Shown here in pieces: positions 18,124 through 27,789 of a stretch of DNA of 64,000 bases. Position numbers and translations under genes: made by a program. The stretch is taken from NCBI GenBank assembly GCA_002315595.1, contig DCHG01000062.1, positions 4,076-68,075 of the forward strand, read 5' to 3'. Origin of the DNA: Clostridiales bacterium UBA1758 (lineage in GTDB: Bacteria > Bacillota > Clostridia > Oscillospirales > UBA1758). Within the stretch, counting starts at the first letter, position 1. Every line of letters starts with the position of its first letter. The notes beneath the pieces are model-generated. The model was given only the letters and a program-made list of their open reading frames with translations, did no database searches and was not told the DNA's origin.

Positions 18124-19431
18124 TCACAACCTTGTGTTTTTTCCGGGGAACAGTTCGTCGAGTACATTTGCCAGATCGTAATTCAACCGTTCCATATCAA
18201 TTGTCAGGTATTCGCCGTTTTCGTAGAGGATCTTGCCGCGTACCATCGTCATACAGACATCACTGCCGCGTGCGGCATAGACGAGATTTGAGATCACATC
18301 ATGGCAGGGCATAAGATGCGGTCGATCGAAGTCAACAACGGCGAGATCCGCGTCAAAGCCTTCCCGTATCACGCCGCATTCATCGCTTCTGCCCTGAGCC
18401 ACAGCGCCGCCGACCGTCGCCATTTTCAAGGCGTCCTCGGCGGAGATGGCGTTTTCCATTCCCGCACGGATATGGGAAAGGAGAACGGCGGACTTCATTT
18501 CCTCAAAGAGGTCAAGATTATTGTTCGACGCGGTACCGTCCGTTCCGAGTGCGACGGTCACACCCATGCGGAGTGCGGCGGCGGAATCGAAAACTCCCGA
18601 ACCGAGTTTGAGATTGCTGATCGGGTTGTGTGCAACAGCGCCACCGGATTTTTTGATCCATACGAGGTCCTCCGGCTCCGCCCACACGGAATGTGCGGCA
18701 AGCACCGGCACATCGAATACACCGTATTCGGCAAATGCCTGCGCCGGCGTTTTCCCGCGGCGTTCAATGCCCTCGCGATGTTCCTTTTCCGTTTCGGAAA
18801 GATGCAGGTGCATAATCGCGTGATGATCGCGTGAAAGTTTCACCATATATTCCCATGTATCAGGATTTGAGGTGTATTCGGCGTGGATCGAAGAGTCAAC
18901 ACGAATTCTTCCGTTATCAAAACCGTGCCAATCGCGGAAAAGTTCGACATATTCGATTGCGTCATTGTTTTTCGTCGGATCGAAATGATCGGAAAATTCC
19001 GTCGTCCCGCGTGAAATATTCAGTTTGATACCCGCATCCCGTGCCGCTTCGGAAATACCGACCGCACCTGCGTACATATCCGAAAAAGCGGTTGTACCGC
19101 AGGCGATGCCCTCTGCCATTCCCAAAAGTGCGCCGACCTTTTTCATCGGTGGCGTCATTTTTGCCTCGATCGGGAAAATATTGTCAAACAGCCATGATTG
19201 CAAATTCGTCGTGTCGGAAACTCCGCGCAAAAGCGTCATTGAAAGATGCGTATGTGCATTGACAAGCCCCGGCAAAACGACCTTTCCTTTTCCGTTGATC
19301 ACGCGGTCAAAACACCCCTCCGGGCGGGTATCGCCGACATAGGCGATCTTTGTACCGTTCACCGCAAGAAATGCGTTTTTCAGTAATTTTTCCCCGGTAT
19401 AAACGATTGCATTTTCAAAAAGTATCTTCAT
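18124..19431 (-). CDS. mtaD: 5-methylthioadenosine/S-adenosylhomocysteine deaminase (amidohydrolase)
   Basis: VLPGLVNAHTHLSMTLLRG...GTTAFSDMY...LGTDG match MtaD family motifs. Confidence 0.85.
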   Translation of the reverse strand: MKILFENAIVYTGEKLLKNAFLAVNGTKIAYVGDTRPEGCFDRVINGKGKVVLPGLVNAHTHLSMTLLRGVSDTTNLQSWLFDNIFPIEAKMTPPMKKVGALLGMAEGIACGTTAFSDMYAGAVGISEAARDAGIKLNISRGTTEFSDHFDPTKNNDAIEYVELFRDWHGFDNGRIRVDSSIHAEYTSNPDTWEYMVKLSRDHHAIMHLHLSETEKEHREGIERRGKTPAQAFAEYGVFDVPVLAAHSVWAEPEDLVWIKKSGGAVAHNPISNLKLGSGVFDSAAALRMGVTVALGTDGTASNNNLDLFEEMKSAVLLSHIRAGMENAISAEDALKMATVGGAVAQGRSDECGVIREGFDADLAVVDFDRPHLMPCHDVISNLVYAARGSDVCMTMVRGKILYENGEYLTIDMERLNYDLANVLDELFPGKNTRL

Positions 19432-20249
19432 ATCATCACCAGGCAGGTGAGAACAAGCGCAGAGAAATCTTCTTTCGCGTTCTCTGCGGCTTCCAGCACC
19501 TCTTCCTCCGAAAGATTTTCACCGGTCATTCCTGCGGCGAGATTGGACACGAGCGAAAAGCCCAAGACCTCCATTTTCGCCTGCGAAGCCGCAACGACTT
19601 CGGGCACGGTGGACATTCCGACGGCATCTGCGCCGAGATAGCGCGCCGCACGGATCTCCGCCGGGGTTTCATATTGAGGACCGGCAAAATACATATACAC
19701 ACCACGGTGCAGATCAACGCCGACGGTCGAAGCGGCGGCATAGGCGACATCGATCAATCTCGGTGTGTACGCACCAACCATATTCGGAAAACGCTCGCCG
19801 AAGCGTTCATCGTTTTCACCGGTCAGGGGCGAATTCGGCACGAGTTTGATATGATCCTCGATGCACATAATATCGCCGCGTGAATAGTTCAAATTCACGC
19901 CACCCGCGGCATTGGTGATGAGCAGTGTTTCCGCCCCAAGCATCTTTGCAACGCGAACAGGAGCCGCCGCATCAAGCATGGAATAGCCCTCGTAGCAATG
20001 AAATCTACCGTCCGCGATCATCACGCGTCTGCCTTCAAGTTCGCCGAAGACAAATCTTCCGCGATGTGCGGGCGCGGTGCATACGGGAAAATTCGGAATA
20101 TCCGCATAGTCAACGCAGATCGGATTTTCCACCTTTTCGGATAAGAAGCCAAGTCCGCTTCCGAGAATCAGTAGAATTTCGGGCGCAAAACCGCCGATTT
20201 TCGAACGAATTACAGCAGTTGCATTGCTGATTCTATCATATTCTTTCAT
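19428..20249 (-). CDS. Purine nucleoside phosphorylase (PunA/MTAP family)
   Basis: LILGSGLG...PAHRGRFVFGELEGRRVMIADGRFHCYEGY...GADAVGMSTVPEV. I chose the ATG at 20249 (MKEYDRI). Its stop overlaps the mtaD start (ATGA). Confidence 0.85.
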   Translation of the reverse strand: MKEYDRISNATAVIRSKIGGFAPEILLILGSGLGFLSEKVENPICVDYADIPNFPVCTAPAHRGRFVFGELEGRRVMIADGRFHCYEGYSMLDAAAPVRVAKMLGAETLLITNAAGGVNLNYSRGDIMCIEDHIKLVPNSPLTGENDERFGERFPNMVGAYTPRLIDVAYAAASTVGVDLHRGVYMYFAGPQYETPAEIRAARYLGADAVGMSTVPEVVAASQAKMEVLGFSLVSNLAAGMTGENLSEEEVLEAAENAKEDFSALVLTCLVMI

Positions 20250-20265
20250 ATTCGTGTCCTTATTA

Positions 20266-20646
20266 TCAAAATTTATGTCCGCATACAGGACATTCCGTCG
20301 TACCGTAGGACAGTTGTTTTTTACAGATCGGGCAAACGATCTTCGTCTTGGCTTTTTCCTCACGGGAGCGTGCATCAATAAGTTTCTTTTTCAGCGTATC
20401 AAGTTCGGCGAAAACGCCGTCGATCGCGCCGGTATCGGCTTCTCCCGTGCTATGTGCCGTATAAACAAGTCGGCCGAGTCGTGCATAGACCTCATTCATG
20501 CGGTTTTCGATCTCGAATATCTCAACCTTTGCCTTGGCGGAGTCAACCGCCGTTTCAATCTTTTTGCCTGCGCGTCCGGCATAGTCGGTTACGACGCCCG
20601 CGGTCTTCGTCACATAATCAAGAATTTCTTTGGTCTTGTCGTTCAT
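20266..20646 (-). CDS. Coiled-coil protein with a C-terminal zinc ribbon, function unknown
   Basis: The C-terminus CPICKKQLSYGTTECPVCGHKF has two CxxC pairs. The remainder is predicted helical. Confidence 0.65.
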   Translation of the reverse strand: MNDKTKEILDYVTKTAGVVTDYAGRAGKKIETAVDSAKAKVEIFEIENRMNEVYARLGRLVYTAHSTGEADTGAIDGVFAELDTLKKKLIDARSREEKAKTKIVCPICKKQLSYGTTECPVCGHKF

Positions 20647-20671
20647 TGGTAAATCCTCCGTTTCCGATCAG

Positions 20672-22156
20672 TTACTGTATGGAAAGATACATTTCTCTCA
20701 CTTTTTCTTTATCCGTCGTGCATCGTTCGATGTTTTCGATGTATTCAAGCGGATATTTGTGGTTATTCAGGCGCGAAATAAATTTCGTTTCGGGGTGGAC
20801 TAGTTTGGTCACGCCGCCTGCTCCAAACGATATTATGGTCGCAAGTTCTTCCATTATGATGATGTTGTAGGGCGATTCATGTCCCGAAAGGGAAAAACCC
20901 GTGTTTTCCAAGCCCAACGCCGTGTATTTTTGCCGATAGGTGTAATACGGCCGATATCCATTCCGATCAAGAATTCCTTCGGCTTTGAAAAGCATTCTTG
21001 CGACGTCCTTTTCTTCCGGCAACGGCATCGGGACGCCGTCTGCGTGAAAATTCGATCCGCGTTTGATCGCAAGGTTGTGGATCGTGATATTTTCGGGCGC
21101 CAACGCAAGCACATCATTCACCGAACGAAGAAAACTTTTTTCCGTTTCACCGGGAAGTCCCGCGATGAGATCGGCATTGATCGAGTGGAAACCCACCCTT
21201 CTCGCCTCCGCCATCGCACGTGCGAAATCGCCCTCGGTGTACGGTCGCCCAACCGCTTTCAGAATCTGCGGATTGGTCGATTGCGGATTGAGACTGATGC
21301 GATCCGCACCGCATCGGGCAATGGTTTCTATTTTCTCGGGCGTGATCGTGTCAAAGCGTCCCGCTTCGACCGTGTACTCCCAGAGATCGGATAGATCAAA
21401 ACATCCGCTGAGCGTCGTCATCAACGAATCAAGTTGTTCGGCAGTGATCGAAGTCGGCGTTCCACCGCCGAAATACACTGCACGCACGCGAACGCCGGTA
21501 CCCCGGAGGATCTTCGCCGTCCCTTCAATCTCCCGTTTGAGCGCATCCAGATACGGATCGATCAAATGTCCCCACTTGTCAATGGATCCCGCCACAAACG
21601 AGCAATACGCGCAACGCGACGGACAAAACGGAATTCCCACATAAAGGGCAACATCGCGTTTGTCGAGTTTTCGTTCGACCTCGATTCCCGCCCTTGCCGC
21701 GTCGATCATCAGTTTCCGTTTCGTTGCGGTGACATCAAATCTTTTTTTCAATTGTTGCGAGGTCGCGACTTCATCCAAGCCCTCGGCAAGCATTTTTTCG
21801 GCGATCTTTGCCGGACGGATCCCGGTCAATGCACCCCATGGCGGTTGAATTCCCAAATTCTTTTTCACCGCGCGGTATAATGAGATGCGAAGGGCGTAGT
21901 CAACGGCTCGCTTTTGTGCAATTTCATCGCCGTCCGCAGGACGCTCCGTACGCCCCGTCGCCTCGGCATACACGCCGTGATACCACATTTTTGTGGTGGC
22001 GATCACAGTGTGCGGCGCAACGTGCAGGCAGGATTCAGCACGATCCCCGTCGGGCGGAAGTTCATCGACGAATTCGAATTCTTCGCCCGAAATCAACGAC
22101 AGAGCAAGTTGTTCGACGGCATATCTGCGGTCGTGCCCCGTCATGTGCATTTTCAT
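20672..22156 (-). CDS. hemZ: Radical SAM coproporphyrinogen-III-oxidase-like protein (HemZ/HemN family)
   Basis: YVGIPFCPSRCAYCSF is the CxxxCxxC motif. The ATG at 22156 overlaps the upstream stop (ATGA). Confidence 0.8.
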   Translation of the reverse strand: MKMHMTGHDRRYAVEQLALSLISGEEFEFVDELPPDGDRAESCLHVAPHTVIATTKMWYHGVYAEATGRTERPADGDEIAQKRAVDYALRISLYRAVKKNLGIQPPWGALTGIRPAKIAEKMLAEGLDEVATSQQLKKRFDVTATKRKLMIDAARAGIEVERKLDKRDVALYVGIPFCPSRCAYCSFVAGSIDKWGHLIDPYLDALKREIEGTAKILRGTGVRVRAVYFGGGTPTSITAEQLDSLMTTLSGCFDLSDLWEYTVEAGRFDTITPEKIETIARCGADRISLNPQSTNPQILKAVGRPYTEGDFARAMAEARRVGFHSINADLIAGLPGETEKSFLRSVNDVLALAPENITIHNLAIKRGSNFHADGVPMPLPEEKDVARMLFKAEGILDRNGYRPYYTYRQKYTALGLENTGFSLSGHESPYNIIIMEELATIISFGAGGVTKLVHPETKFISRLNNHKYPLEYIENIERCTTDKEKVREMYLSIQ

Positions 22157-22779
22157 AACTGTTTCCCCACGATAAACGGATTGGAAAGGCGTTCTTCGCC
22201 AAGTGTCGTAACGGGACCGTGTCCGGGATAGATCGTCCAATCCCTATCAAGTTCGGCTATTCCCTGCACCGTACGAAGAAGCGTCATCATTTCACCACCG
22301 GGCAGATCGGTGCGTCCAACAGTCCCCGGAAGCAGGGTGTCGCCTGAAAACATCACATCCCGGAAAAAAGCACAGATTGCGCCCACGGTATGCCCCGGCG
22401 TGTGTCGGAATTCAATCTCGCCCCCGGCAAACGGAATTCGATCGCCGTCATCGACGACGATATCTTCCCAAATCGGCAAAGCGGGCTCTACATAAGTACG
22501 AAGCGGGCCCGAAAGCGCGGCGTCGTGTAGATACGGCACTTCAAGTCGACCGACGACGATTTTGGCGCCGGTTTTCTTTGCGACACAGTTGACGGCAAGC
22601 ACATGATCAAAATGAGAATGTGTCAGGATGATGTATCGTGCCTTTGCGCCGGTTTTCATCAATTCCGCAAGAATTCGAAGTGGCTCATCGCCCGGATCAA
22701 CAATCACGGCTTCCGCCCCTTCGGAGAGAATATAGCAGTTTTCGTCGCAGATGCCGACGGTGATTTTTGTAATATTCAT
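22153..22779 (-). CDS. MBL-fold metallo-hydrolase (glyoxalase II-like)
   Basis: ILTHSHFDHV and HTPGHTVG motifs. Confidence 0.85.
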   Translation of the reverse strand: MNITKITVGICDENCYILSEGAEAVIVDPGDEPLRILAELMKTGAKARYIILTHSHFDHVLAVNCVAKKTGAKIVVGRLEVPYLHDAALSGPLRTYVEPALPIWEDIVVDDGDRIPFAGGEIEFRHTPGHTVGAICAFFRDVMFSGDTLLPGTVGRTDLPGGEMMTLLRTVQGIAELDRDWTIYPGHGPVTTLGEERLSNPFIVGKQL

Positions 22780-22789
22780 ACCATTCTCC

Positions 22790-23236
22790 TTATGCCAGTT
22801 CCGTCGAGTCGATGACGAACGTCACCGGTCCGTCGTTTTCGGATGTGACAAGCATATCCGCGCCGAAAACGCCCATGCCGACCGAAAGCCCTGTTTCGGC
22901 GCAGGCGGCACAAAATTTTTCAAACAGTTTCTTTGCTTCCTCCGGGCGTTCGGATGTGTCAAAACTTGGCCGTCTGCCATGGCGGCAATTCGCCGCAACG
23001 GTGAAATTCGGCACAATGACCATACCCTTTCCCGCCTCTGTGCAGGAAAGATTCATCTTTCCCGCATCGTCGCTGAAAATGCGAAGTCCGCAGATCTTCG
23101 CGGAAAGTTTCTGCACATCGCTTTCGCCGTCACCCTTTGCAACGCCGAGTAAAACGAGAAGTCCGCTATCTTCCGCCACTCTTTTTCCGTCGATGTCAAC
23201 CGATGCGGATTTAACCCTTGTGACAACCGCTTTCAT
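22790..23236 (-). CDS. dtd: D-aminoacyl-tRNA deacylase
   Basis: MKAVVTRVKSASV...LLVLLGVAKGD...NDGPVTF match the Dtd family. The gene follows relA as in Bacillus, with a 1-nt overlap (TGATG). Confidence 0.9.
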   Translation of the reverse strand: MKAVVTRVKSASVDIDGKRVAEDSGLLVLLGVAKGDGESDVQKLSAKICGLRIFSDDAGKMNLSCTEAGKGMVIVPNFTVAANCRHGRRPSFDTSERPEEAKKLFEKFCAACAETGLSVGMGVFGADMLVTSENDGPVTFVIDSTELA

Positions 23237-25419
23237 CAGTTCGCACTCCTTCGCACATCAAGCACGCCCGAAACGGCACGCATCTTGTTCATAATGATAT
23301 CCAATTGATCCGCGCCCGCTACCTCAAGCGTCATATTGACAACGGCATAGCCGTCGCCGAGTTCACGCGCACTGACAGCGGAAACGAGGACTTTCATATT
23401 GGTCGTTACATTGACCGTATCGACCAGCAGACCGACGCGGTTTTTTGCGGTGATCTGCAACGACATCTGATATTTTTCGGTGAGCGTTTCCGCCCAGTGT
23501 ACCTTCACCCAGCGTGCGCGTTCTTCCTGCGATTCACTGTCGAGAGTGGCGTTTTTACAGTCGCGTCTGTGAATGGACACACCATAGCCGCGGGTGATAT
23601 AACCCACGATTTCGTCACCCGGGATCGGGGAACAGCAGCGCGCAAATTTGACCAGGCAATCGCCGTCCACGCCTTCGACAATAACGCCGGAGGACGCCTT
23701 GATCTGTTTTTTGGGGATCGCAATGCGCTCAATGACTTCCTGATCGGCCTTTTCGCCTGCCTCCTTGGAAACATGCGTCAATTCTTCACGAATTCGGTTG
23801 AGGACACGCCCCGTGGTGACGCCGCCATAACCAATACCCGCATACATTTCTTCGATGGAACTGAATGAAAGTTTCCGCAATACCTGCGGGCACACATCTT
23901 CACGCAAAAAATCCGTCATCGGGATCTTTGCCCGTTTCAGTTCACGTTCAAACATTTCGCGTCCTTCCGCGATATTTTCGTCCCGACGCTCCTTTTTGAA
24001 CCACTGTTTGATCTTGTTGCGTGCCTGACCGGTCTTTGCCATAGTCAGCCATCCGCGCTTCGGGCCGGTATTGACTCCTCCCGTGATAACCTCGACAATT
24101 TCACCGTTTTGCAGGGAATAGTCCAACGGAACGATGCGTCCGTTGATCTTTGCACCTGTCATACGGTTGCCGACGGCGGAGTGGATCGAATAAGCAAAGT
24201 CGATCGGCGTCGCCCCTGACGGCAGATTGATGACATCACCCTTCGGGGTGAAAACATAGACTTCGTCGCTGAACAGGTCGACTTTCAGGCGGGAAATAAA
24301 GTCCTCCGCCTCGGTATCCTGACCGTTTTCAAGAAGTTGACGGATCCACGCAAGTTCTTCTTCCCCGCCGTTTCCGACAACACCGCTTTTGTATTTCCAA
24401 TGCGCTGCAATACCATATTCGGCAATGCGGTGCATTTCCCTTGTTCGAATTTGTACCTCGAACGGTACGCCTTCACGCCCGATGACCGTCGTGTGAAGCG
24501 ACTGATACATATTCGGCTTCGGGGTGCTGATATAATCCTTAAATCTGCCCGGAATCGGCTTATACATATCGTGAATGAAGCCGAGAACATTATAGCAGTC
24601 CGCCACCGAGTCAACGATAACGCGCATGGCATAGAGGTCATAGACCTCGTCGATCGTTTTGTGCTGAGTGTACATTTTGCGGTAGATACTGTAAATATGC
24701 TTGACTCTGCCGTGGACTTCGGCGGAAATGCCAACCTCCGCAAGACGATCCGCCATACGGGACTGAATTTGGTTGATGAATTCTTCCCGTTCGTCCTTTC
24801 GTATCTGCAATTCCTGCATAATATCCTCATAACCCACCGGGTCGAGAATGCGAAGCGAGATGTCTTCCAGTTCCCATTTGACCTTCTGCATACCGAGTCG
24901 GTGTGCGATCGGCGCATAAACTTCCATGGTTTCAAGGGCTTTATCACGCTGTTTACTGTCGCGCTGGAAGTCGATGGTGCGCATATTGTGCAGTCGGTCG
25001 GCGATCTTGATCAGGATGACACGGATATCCTTGCTCATCGCCATGAGCATTTTGCGCAGGTTTTCGACCTGTTGCTCCGCCTTGCTTGTATAGGGGACAC
25101 GCGTCAACTTGGTGACGCCGTCGACCATTTCGGCGACACTTTGACCGAAATCATCCTTGATCGCATCAAATCCGTATTCGGTATCCTCAATGCAGTCGTG
25201 CAGCAATGCGGCGATGATCGAATCGGCGTCCAAGCCCATATCGACCACGATATGAGCGACCTCAATCGGGTGCGTGATGTAGGGCGATCCGTCAAGTCTT
25301 TTTTGTTTTTCGTGTGCCTTCGTCGCAAGATCCAACGCCTGTTTGATCCTCGTCCGATCGGATTCGGATAGATACGAAAGGCGCGTCATCAATACCGAGG
25401 CGCGTTCCAGTTCAACCAT
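23236..25419 (-). CDS. relA: Bifunctional (p)ppGpp synthetase/hydrolase RelA/SpoT
   Basis: HD domain (HPIEVAHIV..LLHDCIEDT), synthetase motif (YQSLHTTV), and TGS and ACT regions. The likely start is MVELE at 25419; the track start is 25449. Confidence 0.92.
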   Translation of the reverse strand: MVELERASVLMTRLSYLSESDRTRIKQALDLATKAHEKQKRLDGSPYITHPIEVAHIVVDMGLDADSIIAALLHDCIEDTEYGFDAIKDDFGQSVAEMVDGVTKLTRVPYTSKAEQQVENLRKMLMAMSKDIRVILIKIADRLHNMRTIDFQRDSKQRDKALETMEVYAPIAHRLGMQKVKWELEDISLRILDPVGYEDIMQELQIRKDEREEFINQIQSRMADRLAEVGISAEVHGRVKHIYSIYRKMYTQHKTIDEVYDLYAMRVIVDSVADCYNVLGFIHDMYKPIPGRFKDYISTPKPNMYQSLHTTVIGREGVPFEVQIRTREMHRIAEYGIAAHWKYKSGVVGNGGEEELAWIRQLLENGQDTEAEDFISRLKVDLFSDEVYVFTPKGDVINLPSGATPIDFAYSIHSAVGNRMTGAKINGRIVPLDYSLQNGEIVEVITGGVNTGPKRGWLTMAKTGQARNKIKQWFKKERRDENIAEGREMFERELKRAKIPMTDFLREDVCPQVLRKLSFSSIEEMYAGIGYGGVTTGRVLNRIREELTHVSKEAGEKADQEVIERIAIPKKQIKASSGVIVEGVDGDCLVKFARCCSPIPGDEIVGYITRGYGVSIHRRDCKNATLDSESQEERARWVKVHWAETLTEKYQMSLQITAKNRVGLLVDTVNVTTNMKVLVSAVSARELGDGYAVVNMTLEVAGADQLDIIMNKMRAVSGVLDVRRSAN

Positions 25420-25438
25420 TTTACTACCCTCTTTTCGC

Positions 25439-27487
25439 TCACTGTGCAATCCCGTTCAATCTGCGGTAGACCGCGGAATGATTCAGTTCAACACGGTGAT
25501 TGCCCGCCACACGGTAAAAATTGCCGCGTCGCGTCAGAAGCGCAAGTTCCGTAAAGATCGCAAGGCTCGCCGCCGTCTGACCGGCATTCAGTCTGCCCTG
25601 CTGATCGGATATTTGCAAATATGTCAAACGCGGATCGATTTCCACATAATCGTCCGTCGCGCGTGATTTTACCCAATTCCACACCAACGCAAGTTGCTCG
25701 CGTCCCGGTATGATTGCCCCGATCGGTTCACCTCCGTTTTGAAACTTCTTCCACGCGTCAATTTCGTGCCCCGTCTTTTCGCGTTCAGCGCGACACGGAC
25801 GCACATCCTTGACAAGAAGTTGTACCGATGTTTCATCTCGGAAGGTGTTCAGATCAAGCGTCGCCGCAACATCGACTCCCGCCCCGTTTGCAAACGGAAA
25901 CTCCGTGATCGGCTGACCGAACATCACGCAGCCGAGGTCGCGTCCGCCGCAACGAAGGGTGAATTTGATATGGTGACCGTCGCTGATGGACTGAATATTG
26001 ATGATCGTTGCGTTTTCAATGGCAAAGATCGGCTTCGTATTTCCCGTACCGTGCGGTTCGAGAACATACAGACCGTAAACGTTTTCGTAAGTGGCAAGTT
26101 TTGCGTCAATCACCGCGTCAACGTCGATCGACGGGGAAAGATCCCGCCCGCAAAGTTGCTTTTCCACCGCGGCATTGAGGCGATCTCGGAATTCGTCGAT
26201 ACGGTCGGTGCGAAGCGTCAGTCCCGCCGCCAGTTCGTGTCCACCGAAGCGTTCAAGGACATCGGTGCAGGATTCAAGCGCATCAAACAAATTCACACCC
26301 GGCACACTGCGTCCCGAGCCCTTTGCATACTCCCCGTCAACGGATACGAGAATGGTCGGACGGTAAAGCCGTTCGCAGATACGCGATGCGACGATCCCCA
26401 TCACACCGTGGTGCCAGCCTTCGTGCGCAAGCACCGCGACATTCTGCTTGTCGGGGTTATACTGCGTTTCCATCTCCGTCATTGCCTCGGAGTACACAAC
26501 GCCGTCGGTCGCCTGACGCTCACGGTTGTGTTCGTACAATTCCGCGGCACGCCGTTCGGCGACGGCATTGGACTCGGTCAAAAACAATTCGACCGCACCC
26601 ATGGCGTTGCCGAGTCGGCCGAGTGCATTGATGCGGGGGGCGATGACAAATCCGACGGTCTGTGCCGTGACGGGTTTGTTGTCCGCGCCCGCACTGCGAA
26701 GAAGTGCGCGCAAACCGGGGTTTTTCGACACCGCAAGACGGCGAAGTCCGTGAAATACGATCACGCGGTTTTCATCCGTCATCTGCATCACATCGGCAAT
26801 GGTGCCCATCGCCGCAAGATAGAGATACTTTTCAATCATTTCGGCGCGTCTTGCAGGTCCCGCAAGCGCACAGACCAGTTTGAACACCGCACCGACGCCC
26901 GCAAGTTCCGCAAAGGGATATTTCGAGCCTTCGCGGTGCGCGTCTATGACCGCAACGGCATTCGGTAGTTCCCCACGGCACATATGGTGGTCGCATACAA
27001 TGACCTCCATCCCGCAGGAACGTGCAAATTCGGTTTCATCCACGGCGGTGATTCCGCAGTCAACGGTGATGATGAGTTTCGTCCCGTTTTCGGCGAGCAT
27101 CGTCAGTGCCGCGGTATTCAAGCCGTAGCCTTCATTCAGCCGATCGGGAATATAATACCCGACATTTGCGCCCTCATTTTGCAAAAAATCGACCAAAACG
27201 ACCGTCGAAGTGACGCCATCCACATCATAATCGCCGAAAATCGTGATTTTTTCATTGTTTTTGATTGCCAAACGGATCCGTTCGATAGCCTTATCCATGT
27301 CATCGAGTAAAAGCGGATCATACAGCCCGTCCAGTTCGCAACGCAAAAATTCTTTCGCTTTTTCCGCATTTCCGATCCCACGCGCGCAGAGCGCAATGGC
27401 GGAAAGTTCGGAAATCTTCAATTTTTCCGCAAGCGACTTCGCCGCGACCTCATCATAGGTCCCGACGTTCCATTGCTTAAATATCAT
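25439..27487 (-). CDS. recJ: Single-stranded-DNA-specific exonuclease RecJ
   Basis: IFGDYDVDGVTS, VDCGI, CDHH and GGHELAAG are DHH/DHHA1 motifs. Confidence 0.92.
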   Translation of the reverse strand: MIFKQWNVGTYDEVAAKSLAEKLKISELSAIALCARGIGNAEKAKEFLRCELDGLYDPLLLDDMDKAIERIRLAIKNNEKITIFGDYDVDGVTSTVVLVDFLQNEGANVGYYIPDRLNEGYGLNTAALTMLAENGTKLIITVDCGITAVDETEFARSCGMEVIVCDHHMCRGELPNAVAVIDAHREGSKYPFAELAGVGAVFKLVCALAGPARRAEMIEKYLYLAAMGTIADVMQMTDENRVIVFHGLRRLAVSKNPGLRALLRSAGADNKPVTAQTVGFVIAPRINALGRLGNAMGAVELFLTESNAVAERRAAELYEHNRERQATDGVVYSEAMTEMETQYNPDKQNVAVLAHEGWHHGVMGIVASRICERLYRPTILVSVDGEYAKGSGRSVPGVNLFDALESCTDVLERFGGHELAAGLTLRTDRIDEFRDRLNAAVEKQLCGRDLSPSIDVDAVIDAKLATYENVYGLYVLEPHGTGNTKPIFAIENATIINIQSISDGHHIKFTLRCGGRDLGCVMFGQPITEFPFANGAGVDVAATLDLNTFRDETSVQLLVKDVRPCRAEREKTGHEIDAWKKFQNGGEPIGAIIPGREQLALVWNWVKSRATDDYVEIDPRLTYLQISDQQGRLNAGQTAASLAIFTELALLTRRGNFYRVAGNHRVELNHSAVYRRLNGIAQ

Positions 27488-27663
27488 GATTTAACTCCGT
27501 AATTTTTAATAATTTATTATAACTCATTTTCCGCAAAGTCGCAATAACGAATTACAGATTATATAATAAAAGCGAAAAAAATACCTTTTCGCCAAAGGAA
27601 AAACCGCCAAAGTCGACTCATTTTGTCCCTTCTGACGATTTTTACGCGGAAACGGATTTTTTC

Positions 27664-27692
27664 TTTACAATTTCGCCGAAATATTGTATAAT
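27664..27692 (+). promoter_or_regulatory. Sigma-A type promoter for the symporter-ior-paaK operon
   Basis: TTTACA, 17-nt spacer, TATAAT, about 95 nt upstream of the ATG at 27790. Confidence 0.5.
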
Positions 27693-27789
27693 CATACAAA
27701 TGTCTTTTTTGGCATTTATCGGAACGGCGTTCGTTTCGAGTGTAGTATGGTATTCCGCATAGCAAATTTTAGAAGGATGGTAGTTTCAA

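Noticed and set aside
24337-26968. Plus-strand ORFs of 344 aa and 424 aa
   Set aside because: They are antisense to relA and recJ, both of which have unmistakable motifs.
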